Shown: one piece after another, positions 40,186 to 53,289 of the stretch
Position numbering within the stretch: position 1 is the first letter of the stretch
How the letters are laid out: every line of letters starts with the position of its first letter
Assembly (NCBI RefSeq): GCF_006345805.1
Contig: NC_043000.1
Location: 113,274,001 to 113,338,000, forward strand
Direction of reading: 5' to 3'
Source of the DNA: Octopus sinensis
Lineage: Eukaryota
Length of the DNA: 64,000 nucleotides
Position numbers and translations under genes: made by a program
Notes under the pieces: model-generated
The model's database searches: none
What the model saw: only the letters and a program-made list of their open reading frames with translations
Told to the model about the DNA's origin: nothing

Positions 40186-40266
40186 GAAAACAATAAATAT
40201 GAAGCAGAGGTTGAAATTTCAGACCAATTCACGCGAGCAATTCCAGTCGGTCTGATCGACCTTTCA
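40186..40266 (+). CDS. Possible isolated 81-nt phase 0-0 exon (ENNKYEAEVEISDQFTRAIPVGLIDLS), product unknown
   Basis: Acceptor ttctctgcttcatag, donor TCA|gtaagt, open frame, non-repetitive. No partner exons identified. Confidence 0.25.
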
Positions 40267-40479
40267 GTAAGTTCACTGAAGCGGAGCGATTATTTCTCCA
40301 TTCGCTTCGAGTGGAAGTTTAAGAATTTGGTAAAAGCTTAACTGAAGCTAATTTCTGTTGTTTCAATGTGTTCGCGTTTAAAATTTATGCGATAGCCACA
40401 TAATGAGAGGAGGACATCTATATCTTCGGAAGCCGAGAAAAGAAGGGACAGAAACGGAGAGAACGAAGAAGCGGAAGAA

Positions 40480-40575
40480 GACGAAGAAGATGAAGAGAAG
40501 AAGAAGAAGAAGAAGATGATGATGATGATGAAGAAGAAGATGAAGAAGATGATGATGATGATGATGATGATGTGG

Positions 40576-40610
<35 letters not shown>

Positions 40611-41097
40611 GTGATGGTAATGATAATGATGATGATGGTGATGGTGGTGGTGGTGGTGATGATGATGATGATGATGATGATGACGATGATGACGATGATG
40701 ATGATGATGATGTGGTGGTGGCGGTGGTGATGATGATGATGAAGATTATAATGATGGTGGTGGTGGTGGTGATGATGATGATGATGATGATGATGATGAC
40801 GATGATGATTGATGATGATGGGTGGTGGCGGTGGTGGTGGTGATTGGGTGATGATGATGATGAATGAAGATTATAATGATGGTGGTGGTGGTGGTAGTGG
40901 TGGTGATGACGATGATGGCGATGATGATGATGATGATGGTGATAATGATGATGATGACGGGGGAGGTAATGACAATGATGAAGATTACGATGGTGAAGAT
41001 GAAAAAGCAAGAAAATGAGGACCAACAGGAAGCAGGAGACTATAAGTGCAGAGAAGCTAAATAGTGATGCTCAATACATTTTCTACAAATATCACAG

Positions 41098-41142
<45 letters not shown>

Positions 41143-41702
41143 TTGGTGGCGGTGGTGCTGCTGTAATTACCAATACGAACGCGCAGGAACTGTACGCATG
41201 TGTGTTTCAATGGAGTCGGTTACATTGAAGCTTGTAATGATGTAATTAATAATTGTCAGGTGGAGGAAGTATACATTATGTAAGAGCCACCATACCCTGT
41301 CGTCGTCGTTGCTGTTTTTGTTTATGGTAATGATACTGGTGATGGTGATGATGGTGGTGATGATGCTGGTGATGATGGTGGTGTTGGTAGTGTATGTGTC
41401 TGTGTTGATGGTGCTGCAAGTGGAATCCTAATCATGGTGATTATATTGTTGTTGTTGTTGCTGTTGTTGTTACTGTTATTGCTGATATTATTCTTATGAA
41501 TATTATTATCATTAATATTGTTGATGCTGTTATCATTATGAATATTATTATTGTTTTGGTTATTGTAGTCGCTGTTGTTGCTGATGTTATTATTAACATC
41601 ATCATCATCATCATCATCTTCATCAATAGTAGTAGTGGTAGTAGTTGTAGTAGTAGTAGTAGTAATAGCAGCAGCAGCAGCAGCAGCAGTAGCTGCAGCA
41701 GC

Positions 41703-41736
<34 letters not shown>

Positions 41737-41972
41737 TTTGATTATTTGTGTTTGTTATTATAGAGATAATAGTGGTCTGGTGGTATTTGCGATTATAACG
41801 ACTGTGAGTATTACGTTCTCGATGATTATGATGATGATGATGGTGGTGGTGGTGGTGGTGGTGGTGGTGGTGGTGGTGGTGGTGATGATGATAACGAAGA
41901 TGATGATGATGATGATGATGATAGCGGCGACCATGACGATGACGACGACAAAGATGACTAAGAGGACAATGC

Positions 41973-42005
<33 letters not shown>

Positions 42006-42012
42006 GATAGCA

Positions 42013-42067
<55 letters not shown>

Positions 42068-42100
42068 CCAAGAACAACATTAATGATGATCACCATTATA
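40480..42100. repeat. Large compound triplet microsatellite field (GAT, GGT, TAC, TAG, CAG, AAT)
   Basis: Direct inspection. Confidence 0.93.
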
Positions 42101-42967
42101 ATTCCCATCACAAACATATTCATGCAGGGCTTGGGTTCTCAGGAGCGCCAGAAAAACGACATTACAATGGCGGTATATTTGAGGGGAGGGGAGAGGAGTG
42201 GGTTGAGGAGCAAATGATTTTGCAGAAGTAGGAGTGGTAGTTAGAGGAGATATTAGCTTGTTCACATTGGCAGGCAGTTGTCAGAGATGCTGAGAGATAA
42301 ATCAAAATAAAGTAATATAAATGGAGGCTGATTACTGGATACAAGATACAAATGTGCAAGGTTGAAATTAATTATAATTTTCGAGGTGGGAATATTTTTT
42401 AGGATTATGAAATTAGGGTGGTGAGGAGGATGTAACATGTGTCTATATGTGTATTTCAGCTTGTGGGTATGTATGTTTGTGCATGTAGGTGTGCATGTGC
42501 ACAGCTGTGTGTATGTCTATATTGCACTTGGACCACAGTAATTAAATAAAGCGACAACATAACACGTAAAAGATATGTATATATATGTATATATATATAT
42601 ATACACATTAAAAGGATTTAGATAATCCCACCAGTTAGATATGTTTCGACCAAAGATTGGTCCAGGCCATATATATATATACATGCACGCATTAACTTTT
42701 GTATTCATTTATATATGCGCAAGCACACACATATATATGTATGTATCTATGTGTGTGTATAGATATATATGTATATATATATATATAAGTATGTATATGT
42801 GTGTATATATCTATATTTCTGTTTATATATATATATATATATCATAAATAATACATATATATATATATATACATACATATGTATATATACATATATATAT
42901 ATTTATATATATATATTATATATATATACATACATATGTGTATATACATATAAATATATATTTATGA

Positions 42968-43001
<34 letters not shown>

Positions 43002-43524
43002 CATAAATAATACATATATATATCTATATGTATATATATACATACGTATATATATATATATATATATATATTTGTCTAGCGGTGACCCGTTGGGTCACGG
43101 GGAAACTCTGAGTTTCCAGCAACAGAGTTTTGTATTGTGGGTTGGAAAGATTTAGCTACTATTTCTTGTATGCCCTGCCACCATGTAACAGGTATTTCGA
43201 GCCCTTTATCGCAAATATCTGTTACGTTGTCGCAGGGTGTGCTAGAAATCTTTGGACGGGAGATACGTTGAATGCACTCGAAAAATCTATTTCACACTGT
43301 GCTTACGAACGGGTCTTTTACGAAATATCTACCGTATTTTTAAAGTCCTTTGCAATGTAGAATAATTTTTAAATATGCCAAAAAAATTGTTTGTGATGGT
43401 ATTCTCTTGAAAATAATTTTAAAAGCATTAAAATATTGCCTGTCTAGAGAAAGCTAAAATATACATTCCACTGCGTGGCACCTTGGGCAAGTGTATTCTG
43501 CTATAGCCTATAGATCGATCGATC

Positions 43525-43534
<10 letters not shown>

Positions 43535-43595
<61 letters not shown>
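43535..43595. repeat. (GATA)n tetranucleotide tract; a similar (TATC)n tract lies at about 8697-8760
   Basis: Direct inspection. Confidence 0.95.
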
Positions 43596-44565
43596 GAATG
43601 GATGGGTGGATGGATGGATAGATGGAAGGATAAGATCCTTATTCCAGTATCTGGCTACGAGTTTCCCATGTGTAGAACTACCTCAAACGTTTTTTTTTTA
43701 CTCATTTTTTCTTTGATGACTACTGAGAGTAAAAACCGGTTGGTATGTAATATTAAAAATTTGATACATCTAAATCCAAACGCTATACCTGCATTTCGTA
43801 TTTTAATATTTCTATATAGATTAAAATTGCTTTATTGTACACTTGAGCTATGTAGATACCGGCAAGAGCTTAATCGTATCACATACTTTCATATAAAGAG
43901 AGGGAGAGAGAGGGGAATCAAATGTCAAACATGAGAACAGATCAAAAGTCCATGTTTACCTGGCTCTCTTTTTCATCCTTTTCGTCATCCCATTCCAGCT
44001 TTTCTGGGACTTTTCTCTACTCCCTAAGGAACAACTGTTTATTTTTACTCTCTCAATACTTCTTTGAGCGTCGTACAAATATTATTAACGGCCAGCATCT
44101 CATCTGCTTTTATTCTCCTTTGATTTTTGTCATTGATATTAACAATTTATGTATTTTTGTAAGTACATGTGTGTGTGTGTGTGTGTATGTGTTTGTGTGT
44201 GTGTGTACATATATTCCTCTTGGTGTCAGTGGGAATGTGTGCATATCTAAGAGTCTGCTACCCCCCCCCCCCCCCCACATTTGACAACTGATATGGGTAT
44301 GCTAACGCCCTGCAACATGGTTACTTGGTAAACGTTCGATAATCTGGTCTATTTGCTCGACTATATCTACAAGTTGGTGCCCCAATACGGCCGCTGTTCC
44401 TCCTCGTCTGAAACGATTAAAAGAGTCTAACTGTATGAATGGGCTCTAAGTGCTTTTGAAGAAGCACATTTTAGTTAGATAAGTTAGATAATGAAATAAG
44501 ACCATGATGCCAACCTTTTAATGTAACCGACTTACTTTACTGTATTTTACGGAGAACATTTGTAC

Positions 44566-44996
44566 CATCATCATCATCATCATGGCTCGGCTTCGTGAAC
44601 GAAGATCAGGAAAGCTGTCCACGTCCCGTGCATGCACGCTCATGACTGACAATGGGAAAGGCAGGTCCGTGAGCAGTGTCCACAGACGAAGGTAACATCC
44701 GGTGTGGTGTCAGAGGCGGCTCGCGCCTTCCTCCTGCGTCTCTTCTTTGTTCCTCAAACTTGCTGACTGCGTTGAAGATTGTGTGGCGCCAGACATCACG
44801 GTCCGCCGCCAGGTTTTACCAGCATTAGTGGTTAATATGACATGCTGTTAGAGACTTCTTGAGGCAGTCTTTGTAGCGCTTCCTCAGAGCTCCTCTCACT
44901 TGGTGGCCGGTGGAGAGTTCGCCAAACAAGGCAATCTTAGGAAGGCGATGGTTCTCCATTCTGGAGACATGCCCTGCCCATCGGAACAAGTTCCTG
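44566..44996 (-). mobile_element. 5'-truncated RTE-clade LINE (3' end of the RT ORF plus (GAT)n tail)
   Basis: LFRWAGHVSRMENHRLPKIALFGELSTGHQVRGALRKRYKDCLKKSL matches the RTE WAGHV.RM...RLPK..L.GEL motif. (cat)n at 44566-44583 is the tail on the minus strand. Confidence 0.92.
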
Positions 44997-46080
44997 ACAA
45001 ATTGGTCAACTTTTTGGAAAACCAGTCGTTTGGGTCCTTTTAACAATTATCTTTTCAAAACACGTTACAATTATCTTAAGATCTGACGGTTTACTTTCAA
45101 AGATCCGCTGACCTCTATCCGACGAGTGATGAATAGCTCTAAGAAGAACGTCAATCTATCACAAGTAAATATTCTCAGACATTCTGGCACGTATTCTTGG
45201 CAGCTAGGTAAACCAAGCAATACAGAATGAACCATGCTGTTTAAATTAGCAACAAATGCGATTTTAATAGATTCAGATTCTACACCGTCCATGAGAAAGA
45301 GTAATAAGCACAATGCCATGGTCGTGGCCTAAATACCTAACTTTTGGTGTTTTAGATGGTGGAATATTAAAATAAAAGATCTCAGAGAAACGCCATTCTT
45401 TGCTCGAGGCAGTTAGTGATTGTGAAATATAGCTTTAATAACTGTCAGCTATTTTATTCCTTTGCATCAGTGAACGTCAATTTCTCCCTCTTAATCAAAT
45501 TATCTCCAAACCAGTGAAGAGATGTGCATTTAAAACTTTCAGTCGGCTTCACCTTCAGAATATCGCACTATCCCTCCACCACCAATAATGCCAAACGCTA
45601 TATGCGCGCTCACACACACTCACACAGACATATACACATATGCACACACACACACGCACATGCAATCTTTACCAAACATGCTATCATGAATGAGATACAT
45701 TCGCCTTAGAGAATTATTTCTCATAACCACGTAGAGCACAATTGCCATATACATTGATAACTAAAAGACACAGACGGTTTCTTTATGAAATCATATTACC
45801 TGTATGAAGTTATAGCAGCTAAATCTCTCCGAAACCATATCCACCATCTTAAACGTGGAAGGACACATTGGATAATTATATTCCAGATTAACTTGAGGTG
45901 GGATGGTGAGGGACGGCGTATCTTTGATCTTAAGTCCACATTATAAGTTTTGAGCCATGGTTAGATAACGGTAGCAATAACTACACGAACAAGATCAGTG
46001 TCAGCACGTGATATTTCTGAGTGGACTAACAAATAGTAACCATTACCTTTATATCTGAGTAAGAGTAAAAGACTCCTATG

Positions 46081-46480
46081 CAGTTATCCTTCGACTATGG
46101 CGGACGTTACGTTCTAAAAAAAAACGCGATACGTGAAAATCTGCAAAGTAGAAACGGTACTGTACTGTATAGTTTCTTTCTTAGTATGTTTATAATTTGT
46201 ATATATATTTTTTATTATAAATGCAAAACAACACCACGGAGGAATCGACGTAAGCTTAAATAATAAACCGCAACAGGTGAACCGCGATATGGCAAGGGAT
46301 TACTGTATATATATATATATATATACACACGTCTCTTGACTATCGCAGGTGTTACGTTCTAAAACCTCCCACGATAGGTGAAAATCCGCGAAGTAGAAAC
46401 AGTACTTTAGTGTATATAGTTCTTTTTTTTTTTTTTTGGCTTTATGATTTTTATAATTTGTATATGTCTATTTTGTGAAG
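46081..46480. mobile_element. Two adjacent pogo/Tigger-like MITE copies (46081-46305 complete, 46330-46480 partial)
   Basis: cagttatccttcgactatggcgg...ccgcgatatggcaagggattactg|ta, same family as 21907-22200. Confidence 0.88.
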
Positions 46481-46485
46481 ACGCA

Positions 46486-46620
46486 TGGATTAGTAGTTAG
46501 AGCGTCGATCTTACGACTGTGAGGTTGTGAGTTCGAATCCCGGACTGGACAGCGAGTGTGTGTGCATATCTTGTTTAATAAACACAATATATGTTTTTTA
46601 TGTGCTACTATTAGTGTTAT
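46486..46620 (+). mobile_element. tRNA-like SINE head fragment
   Basis: gtagttagagcgtc A-box-like and gagttcgaatccc B-box. Confidence 0.65.
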
Positions 46621-47923
46621 GTGCTGAGAACATACCAAAACAGTGTCTTATAACACGTTTGGCATGCTCTCAGCACAGGAAACTAGTAGTACCGCAAAAA
46701 CATATTTCGTGTTTATTAAATAGTATATGTCTCCCTCCAGATGGAATAGATTTCTAGTTGATCTTACCATCATGAAACAGTACACTATATGTGTATGCCA
46801 GTGTGTGTATGTGCGTTTGTGTGCGTGTGCACGTGTATGTATGTGTGTACATATATGTGTGTACATATATGAATGTGTGTATATGCGTACATATAAGTGT
46901 AGTGCATATGAGCGTATGTGTGTGTGAGTGTCGTTTTGTTATTTGAAATCTCTTTGAGGTAAAAACTGTCCTATATTATTAAGTAGAATAAATAACGCGA
47001 GGATGGCAGTGTACATATTGTCGTAATAGATAGATTCTATAATGAATACAGCTAAGTTATCTCAGAACCGGGTAATTATTTTATAGAGGGGGCTGTCGAT
47101 ATGAGAGTATTGTAGATAAACATATATATTATACCAAAGCAGTTTGGAAGTTCTTTAAAGAATGGATAAATATTTTAAATGGGAAGCGAACGTTTCGTTA
47201 TAAAATTTATTAGCTATCATCGTGAATTCATTGAAGGTGTATACGAAACAGGAATGAAAAACAAACATTTGTTTAAAGAAAGAACGCGAAAGATATTTAT
47301 TTACCTCATATAAAGAATGTTTGGTAAATATTTTTGAAACACATTGCATTAAAAAAATAAAGAAACGGCATTAATTATTGGGGAAAGAACATCAAATACA
47401 ATATTCATAAATAAAAAAGAAGTCAATGGTTTGTATTTAAATGGCGACCAACTAAAATACTAAAATTAATATCCGCTAAGTAAAAGGAATAATTATTATT
47501 TGAAAATATTTTCATATTATCTTTCAATTTTCTTATATTTCCTTCAACACAATCGCACCGTTCTTTGATACAACATTTTCCAAACACTTATCCACTATCT
47601 GTGTTTCTTACAAAATCATTTTATGTATGTGAGCTTGTGTCTGTACGTGTCTGTATGTGAATGTGTACGTTTTGTTTTCTCAAACGTGTGCTCAGCGTGT
47701 TATTCCATGAATAATCTGCCATGAAACGCAGCTGTTTTGATAAACATCCTACTTCGTTCATGACGCAATACCATTAGTTTTAAGTGTAAATTAATTACAA
47801 TGGAACGACAGAGAGAAAAAATAAGACAGAATTCGGTTTTGAGATTAGATTACTGGGTTTTTTGCTGGCGGGCAAGGAAAATAAATATGCTGTTTAAACA
47901 CTTCATATACACAGATATATATA

Positions 47924-47983
<60 letters not shown>

Positions 47984-48200
47984 GAGCATGTGTTGTGCTA
48001 CATTTCCCATTCTTTAAGGAGAGGATATCAAAAATAAACACGGTGTATCATATATAAAGAATTCTATTTCTTTTCTCTTGAAGAGTTGTAGAAAGATGGT
48101 TTTGATATCAATTGAATATACTTATGTTTTTTTTTCTCGGTTGGCAAGACAGAACGAGTAATAAATCGATTAGAATAAATGTGTTACTGGCTTTTCATGC

Positions 48201-48250
<50 letters not shown>

Positions 48251-48278
48251 TATATAATATATATTCATACATACATAC

Positions 48279-48332
<54 letters not shown>

Positions 48333-48504
48333 TATGTATGTATGTATGTATGTGTGTAATTATGTATATATATATATATATATGTATGTATATATTCCGG
48401 GTTCAATTCCGCAGCTGATCATTGTTGCCTGATCAGATTTTTTTTTTTATATTTATCAATCAAAACACTGTCATAATCATGCAGCTATCCTCTCCAGGAG
48501 TGAA

Positions 48505-48810
48505 GGTCCGTAGCTTAGTGCTTAGTATACACAGCAGCTGACGATCGCGTGGTCGCGAGTTCACTTCTCGGCTAGGCGTTGCGTTCTTGAGAGGCGCACT
48601 TTATTTCACGTTGCACCAGTTCACTCAACGGGCAAAAACTAAATTACTCCTGTAGGTCGATGGGGCCAACCATGTCTCATTCTGTGCTCACATTGAATCT
48701 CCCTGAGAACTACGTTAAGGGCACACTTGTCTGAGGTGTGCTCAGCCACTTGCACGTCAATTTCATGAGCAGACCGGGTTATTTATGATCGTAACCGACG
48801 AAATGCCAGT
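48505..48810 (+). mobile_element. tRNA-derived SINE (third family)
   Basis: ggtccgtagcttagtgcttag A-box-like head, gcgagttcact B-box-like, then gcactttatttcacgttgcaccagttcactca body. Confidence 0.7.
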
Positions 48811-48914
48811 TGCCCTCAACAAGCTGTCGCCTGTGTGTAGTGAAGAGAACTGCAGAGAAGACAGAGTTTCTCTAATAATAAGTTTATATTAGTTTCTGGA
48901 ATCGATTCTAAATA

Positions 48915-49488
48915 CACAGACATGCAGGAAGTAAATAGACACATTTAATTTTCAAAATTTCTAATCTAAGCGTCTTAATATCCTATCAGCGGTGTAAAGT
49001 TTACAATGTAATTATTCTTTTACATTCCCGGTGCCATTATGTTAAACATTTGCAAAGTGTAACCATGCCGCGCACAAAAAATTTAGCAGAAGTGTCAGAT
49101 TTTAAACGAGGTTGTATTGTTGGGCGATCTGAGGCTGATCTTGGCCACCGAAAAATTTCCGAAAATCTTCAGATTCCTCTTGCTTCTTTTAATAGAATTA
49201 TAGTGCAATTAAAAAGCCAAGAAAAAGAATCATTCTCATCCGGGTCGTCCTGGGCCCTCGGAAAAGAATCTTTGCTGTTTGAAAAGAATTGTGAAAAACT
49301 AACTCCGTTCGAAAGCTTCAGACATTGCAAAACAGCTAGAAGTTAGTCCAAGAACGTGTGTTACTTATCTGCATAAGCTTGGGTATTATGGACGAGCAGC
49401 TAGAAGAAAACCTCTCCTTCAACCAATTAATATCAAATAAAAGATTTTGAAAATAAAAAAGTGTCTATTTACTTCCTGCGTGTATGTG
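48915..49488 (+). mobile_element. Internally deleted Tc1 transposon with both TIRs and TA TSD
   Basis: TIRs cacagacatgcaggaagtaaatagacac..ttttcaaaat and its near-inverse at 49444-49488. Transposase N-terminus MPRTKNLAEVSDFKRGCIVGRSEA...VSPRTCVTYLHKLGYYGRAARRKPLL, truncated before the DDE domain. Confidence 0.92.
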
Positions 49489-49848
49489 TATATTGAGAAA
49501 GGCAACAGTGTGTGTACGTCGTATGGTTTTGATATCTGAAATGTCTCTAAAGCGAGTCTAATGGAAGTGCATTGGTGTATTCATGCGTTTATTGTTGAAA
49601 ATGTAGTTGCATAGTTAATTGTGAAGATATTCTAGTTGCAAACATGTCGATCCGGTTTCAATCGCTCTGTGTGGTACGTTGCGAAAATGCCCTCGGTCAA
49701 TTATTCGAATCTACTTTGGTGGGAAATATGCAAACTAAACTTGTGCAGTGCCTCTTTAAAGGGATTCGGTCTTATCTTGTTAACTTGTTTTTGTGTGTGC
49801 AGGTACGGTTTCACACATTCACATATGAAAGTATCGTGTGTATATATA

Positions 49849-50180
49849 TAGGCCTGATCAATAAGTATCCGGTCTGTTGACATAGTAACGAAGCCAAAGT
49901 ACGCAGAGTGAAGCCGCTTGGCACAGATTGACCTTGAAGTCTGCTGTACACGTCCACTAAGGTTTAACGTTCTAACTCATTTCCCTTGTTAAAAACCTTC
50001 TTGTAAATATGGGGAGTGGGCTAGAACAGCAGTGTTCAAGATCAATCTGGGCCAAGCGGCTTCATTCTACTTACTTTGTGTTCGTTACCATGGCAACAGT
50101 CCGGATACTTATTGATCACTCCACGTATATATACTGACTGATCAATAAGTATCCGGACTGTTGCCATAGTAACGAAACCA
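49849..50180. mobile_element. Palindromic mariner-type MITE (49849-50125) plus a third TIR fragment (50132-50180)
   Basis: tgatcaataagtatccgg(a/t)ctgttg TIRs and long subterminal inverted arms (gaagccgcttggc/gccaagcggcttc). Confidence 0.88.
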
Positions 50181-50182
50181 GA

Positions 50183-50345
50183 GTATTTCGTTTGTCTTTA
50201 CGTTCTGAGTTCAAATTCCATCGACTTTGACGATCGTCCTTTGGGAGTCGATAAATGAAGTACCAGTGAAACACTGGGGTCGATGTAATCGGCTAGATCT
50301 CCTCCTCCCCTCAAATTTCAGGCCTTTCGCTTTTAGTAGAAACAT
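50183..50345 (+). mobile_element. 5'-truncated family B SINE
   Basis: gtatttcgtttgtctttacgttctgagttcaaattcc start and aaatttcaggcc..agtagaaac tail. Confidence 0.85.
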
Positions 50346-50399
50346 TTATTGTTGTCGTTGTTGTTTTTATAGCTTTTTTTTGCTGTTGTTGCCTTTGCT

Positions 50400-50573
50400 G
50401 CTTATACTCTTTTATGGTAATGATGGTACTGTCGATGAGGAGGAGGTGGAGGAAAAGTAGTAGTAGTAGTAGTAAGTTGTAGTAGTAGTGGGGTGATGGT
50501 GGTGGTAGTAGTAGTACTGGAGTGATGGTGGTGGTGGTAGTAGTAGTAGTAGTAGTGGTGTGATGGTGGTGTG

Positions 50574-50616
<43 letters not shown>

Positions 50617-51300
50617 CAATGGGGTGATGGTGGTGGTGGTAGTAGTTGTTGCTGTTGTTGTTGGCGGATGACAAGTAAGAATTGTCGAAAGTTCTGTTGA
50701 TAGTGATCATCGTCGCCATCGACGTGGCATTTCCAGTTCTTGACTTTCTTCAGCATTCTTTGTTCTTTCATGTCGCTGTTGATGACGATGCTGCTGGTGC
50801 TATTGTTGATGATGATGATGATGATGATGATAGTGGTGGTTCTGATGGTGGTAGCGGTGGTGGTGTTGATGATGATGATGATGATGATGCTAGTTGTGGT
50901 TCTGATGGTGGTAGTGGTGGTGGTGTTGATGATGATGATGATGATGATGATGCTAGTTGTGGTTCTGATGGTGGTAGTGGTGGTGGTGTTGATGATGATG
51001 ATGATGATGAGGATGATGCTAGTTGTGGTTGTGATGGTGGTAGTGGTGGTGGTGATGATGATGATGATGATGTTAGTGGTGGTTTGTGATGGTGGTGGTG
51101 GTGATGATGATGATGATGAGGATGATGATGTTAGTGGTGATTGTGATGGTAGTAGTGGTGGTGGTGATGATGATGTTGTTAGTGGTGATTGTGATGGTTG
51201 TGATGGTGGTGGTGGTGGTGGTGGTGGTGGTGGTGGTGGTGGTGGTGGTAATAATAATGATGATGATGACCGAGATGGTGATGGCGATGATGATTTCTGC
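50400..51300. repeat. Triplet-derived minisatellite (units of about 60-66 bp, (GAT)n-GCTAGTTGTGGTTCTGATGGTGGTAGTGGTGGTGGTGTT) within a TAG/GGT/GAT field
   Basis: About four near-identical units between 50810 and 51070. Confidence 0.9.
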
Positions 51301-51649
51301 CATTTTCTCCTAGTTTATATTCTTATTACTGTTTTCTTCTCTTCATTCTATTCCCTTGTCCTTCCTTCTCCTCCTCCTCCTCCTCTTTTCTTCTCGAATT
51401 CCTTTGCCGCCATTCTTTGCTCTTTTCTTCAGCCTCCCAATTTCCACCTCTACATTTTTTACTTCTTGTAGTCTTTTATTTTCCCATCTCCTCCGCCTCT
51501 CACTCTCACTCCACTCCTCCTTTCCATTTCTCAGCGGTGGTGGTTGCCTCGAAAACTGCCTTCAGTCATGTAACAACAACAACAACAACAACAATTTAAG
51601 ACGGACAATTTGCCTGGAGAGAGGCAGACAGACAGACAGAAATACTGAG

Positions 51650-52128
51650 TGATGAAGAAGAAGGAGGAGGAGGAGGAATAGAAGAAGAAGAAGAAGAAGA
51701 AGAAGAAAGAAAAAAAGAGAAGAAGAAGAAGAAGAAGAAAGAAGAAGAAGAAGAAGAAGAAAGGAAGAAGAAGAAGAAGATGATAGAGAAAAGAAGAAGA
51801 AGAAGAAGAAGAATGATAGAGAAGAAGAAGAAGAAGAAGAAGAAGAAGAATGATAGAGAAGAAGAAGAAGAAGAAGAAGAAGAAGAATGATAGAGAAGAA
51901 GAAGAAGAAGAATATAGAGAAGAAGAAGAAGAAGAAGAAGAAGAAGAAGAATGATAGAGAAGAAGAAGAAGAAGAAGAAGAATAAGAAGAAGAGAAGAAG
52001 AAGAAGAAAGAAAAGAAGAAGAAGAATGATAGAGAAGAAGAAGAAGAAGAAGAAGAAGAAGAAGAAGAATATGATAGGAGAGAAGAAGAAAAAAGAAGAA
52101 GAAGAAGAAGAAGAAGAAGAAGAAGAAG

Positions 52129-52160
<32 letters not shown>

Positions 52161-52200
52161 GAAGAAGCAGCAGAAGAAGAAGAAGAAGAATGATGGAGAA
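51650..52200. repeat. (GAA)n tract punctuated by TGATAGA anchors
   Basis: tgatagagaa recurs about seven times. Confidence 0.92.
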
Positions 52201-53289
52201 GAAGAATGGATGAGGGAGGGTTAGGGGGTTGCGACCGAGTGAAAGGTGGGAGAGAAATACGTGCAAATGATTCAAATAGAGTTGCCAAACTAACCAACCA
52301 ACGAAAAGCTGGTTTGCTCAACTCTTCGGAGACGTTAACATTGTAGTTAATCTGACAAAGGGTAAATTACATAGGTAATAATATCTACGCCATTTGCAAA
52401 GGTAATGCCAGTCTCCATCGAGGAATAAGTTGAGCGTCGATGAAGTGTCAGCGCTGGGCCTAAGTGTAAAGAACACACGTTTATAGAGCGCCATGTTTGG
52501 TGTTATAAGTAAGATGTCTAAGGGGAGAAGGAAGAGAAAGACTTTGTGTGTGTGTGTGGAGGGGGAGTATGTGTTTATAAATATGTCTGTATTTGTGTGT
52601 GCGCGCGTGGAAATCGATAAATTTTAATATAGCCTTGGGTTTGAGGTTATGTTAAATGGTAAAAGTAAAGCAAGAAAATAAAATAAAAAGAATAAAATAA
52701 TAACAGCAAAAAGTTTTATTGTTGAATAGACAAGAATCTTGGTTTCACTTTCACTATTGCCGTGTAACATATGACCTGGCTATCACTTCTTTTTGCTGTT
52801 TAACTTTCAGACATTAGGAGAAACGGTGTGTGTGTGTGTGTGTGTGGTGTGTGTAGTGGGAGGTGGGCATTTTAAGATATTGTATTTGGCGGTTTCTAAG
52901 CAGGCTGGCTGGCTGGCTGACTGCCCGGTGCCTTCAGACTTGTGTTGTTGCTGTCGTTGTTGTTGTTCTTGTTTTTTGGTTTTCTTGTTGATCTTGTTTT
53001 CGTTTCTTTTTGCTGTTGTTAGTGGCGTTGTGGTTAATATTGCTTCTGTTGTTACTCTTTTAGTGTGTTGTTGTTGTTGCGCCTGTTGTTGCTGCTGTTT
53101 CTATTGAGGCTGTTAGTTATTGTTGCTTTTGTTGTTGCTGTCGTCTTTGCTGCACTTACTCGTTTTTGTTGTTACTTATTTACATAATGTTTTTTTTTTT
53201 ATGTTGCTGCCGATGTTGCTGATGATGCTATTGTACGACTGCTGCTGTTATTTGCCCTTGTTGTTAGAGTTGTCGTCACTGTTGTTGTT

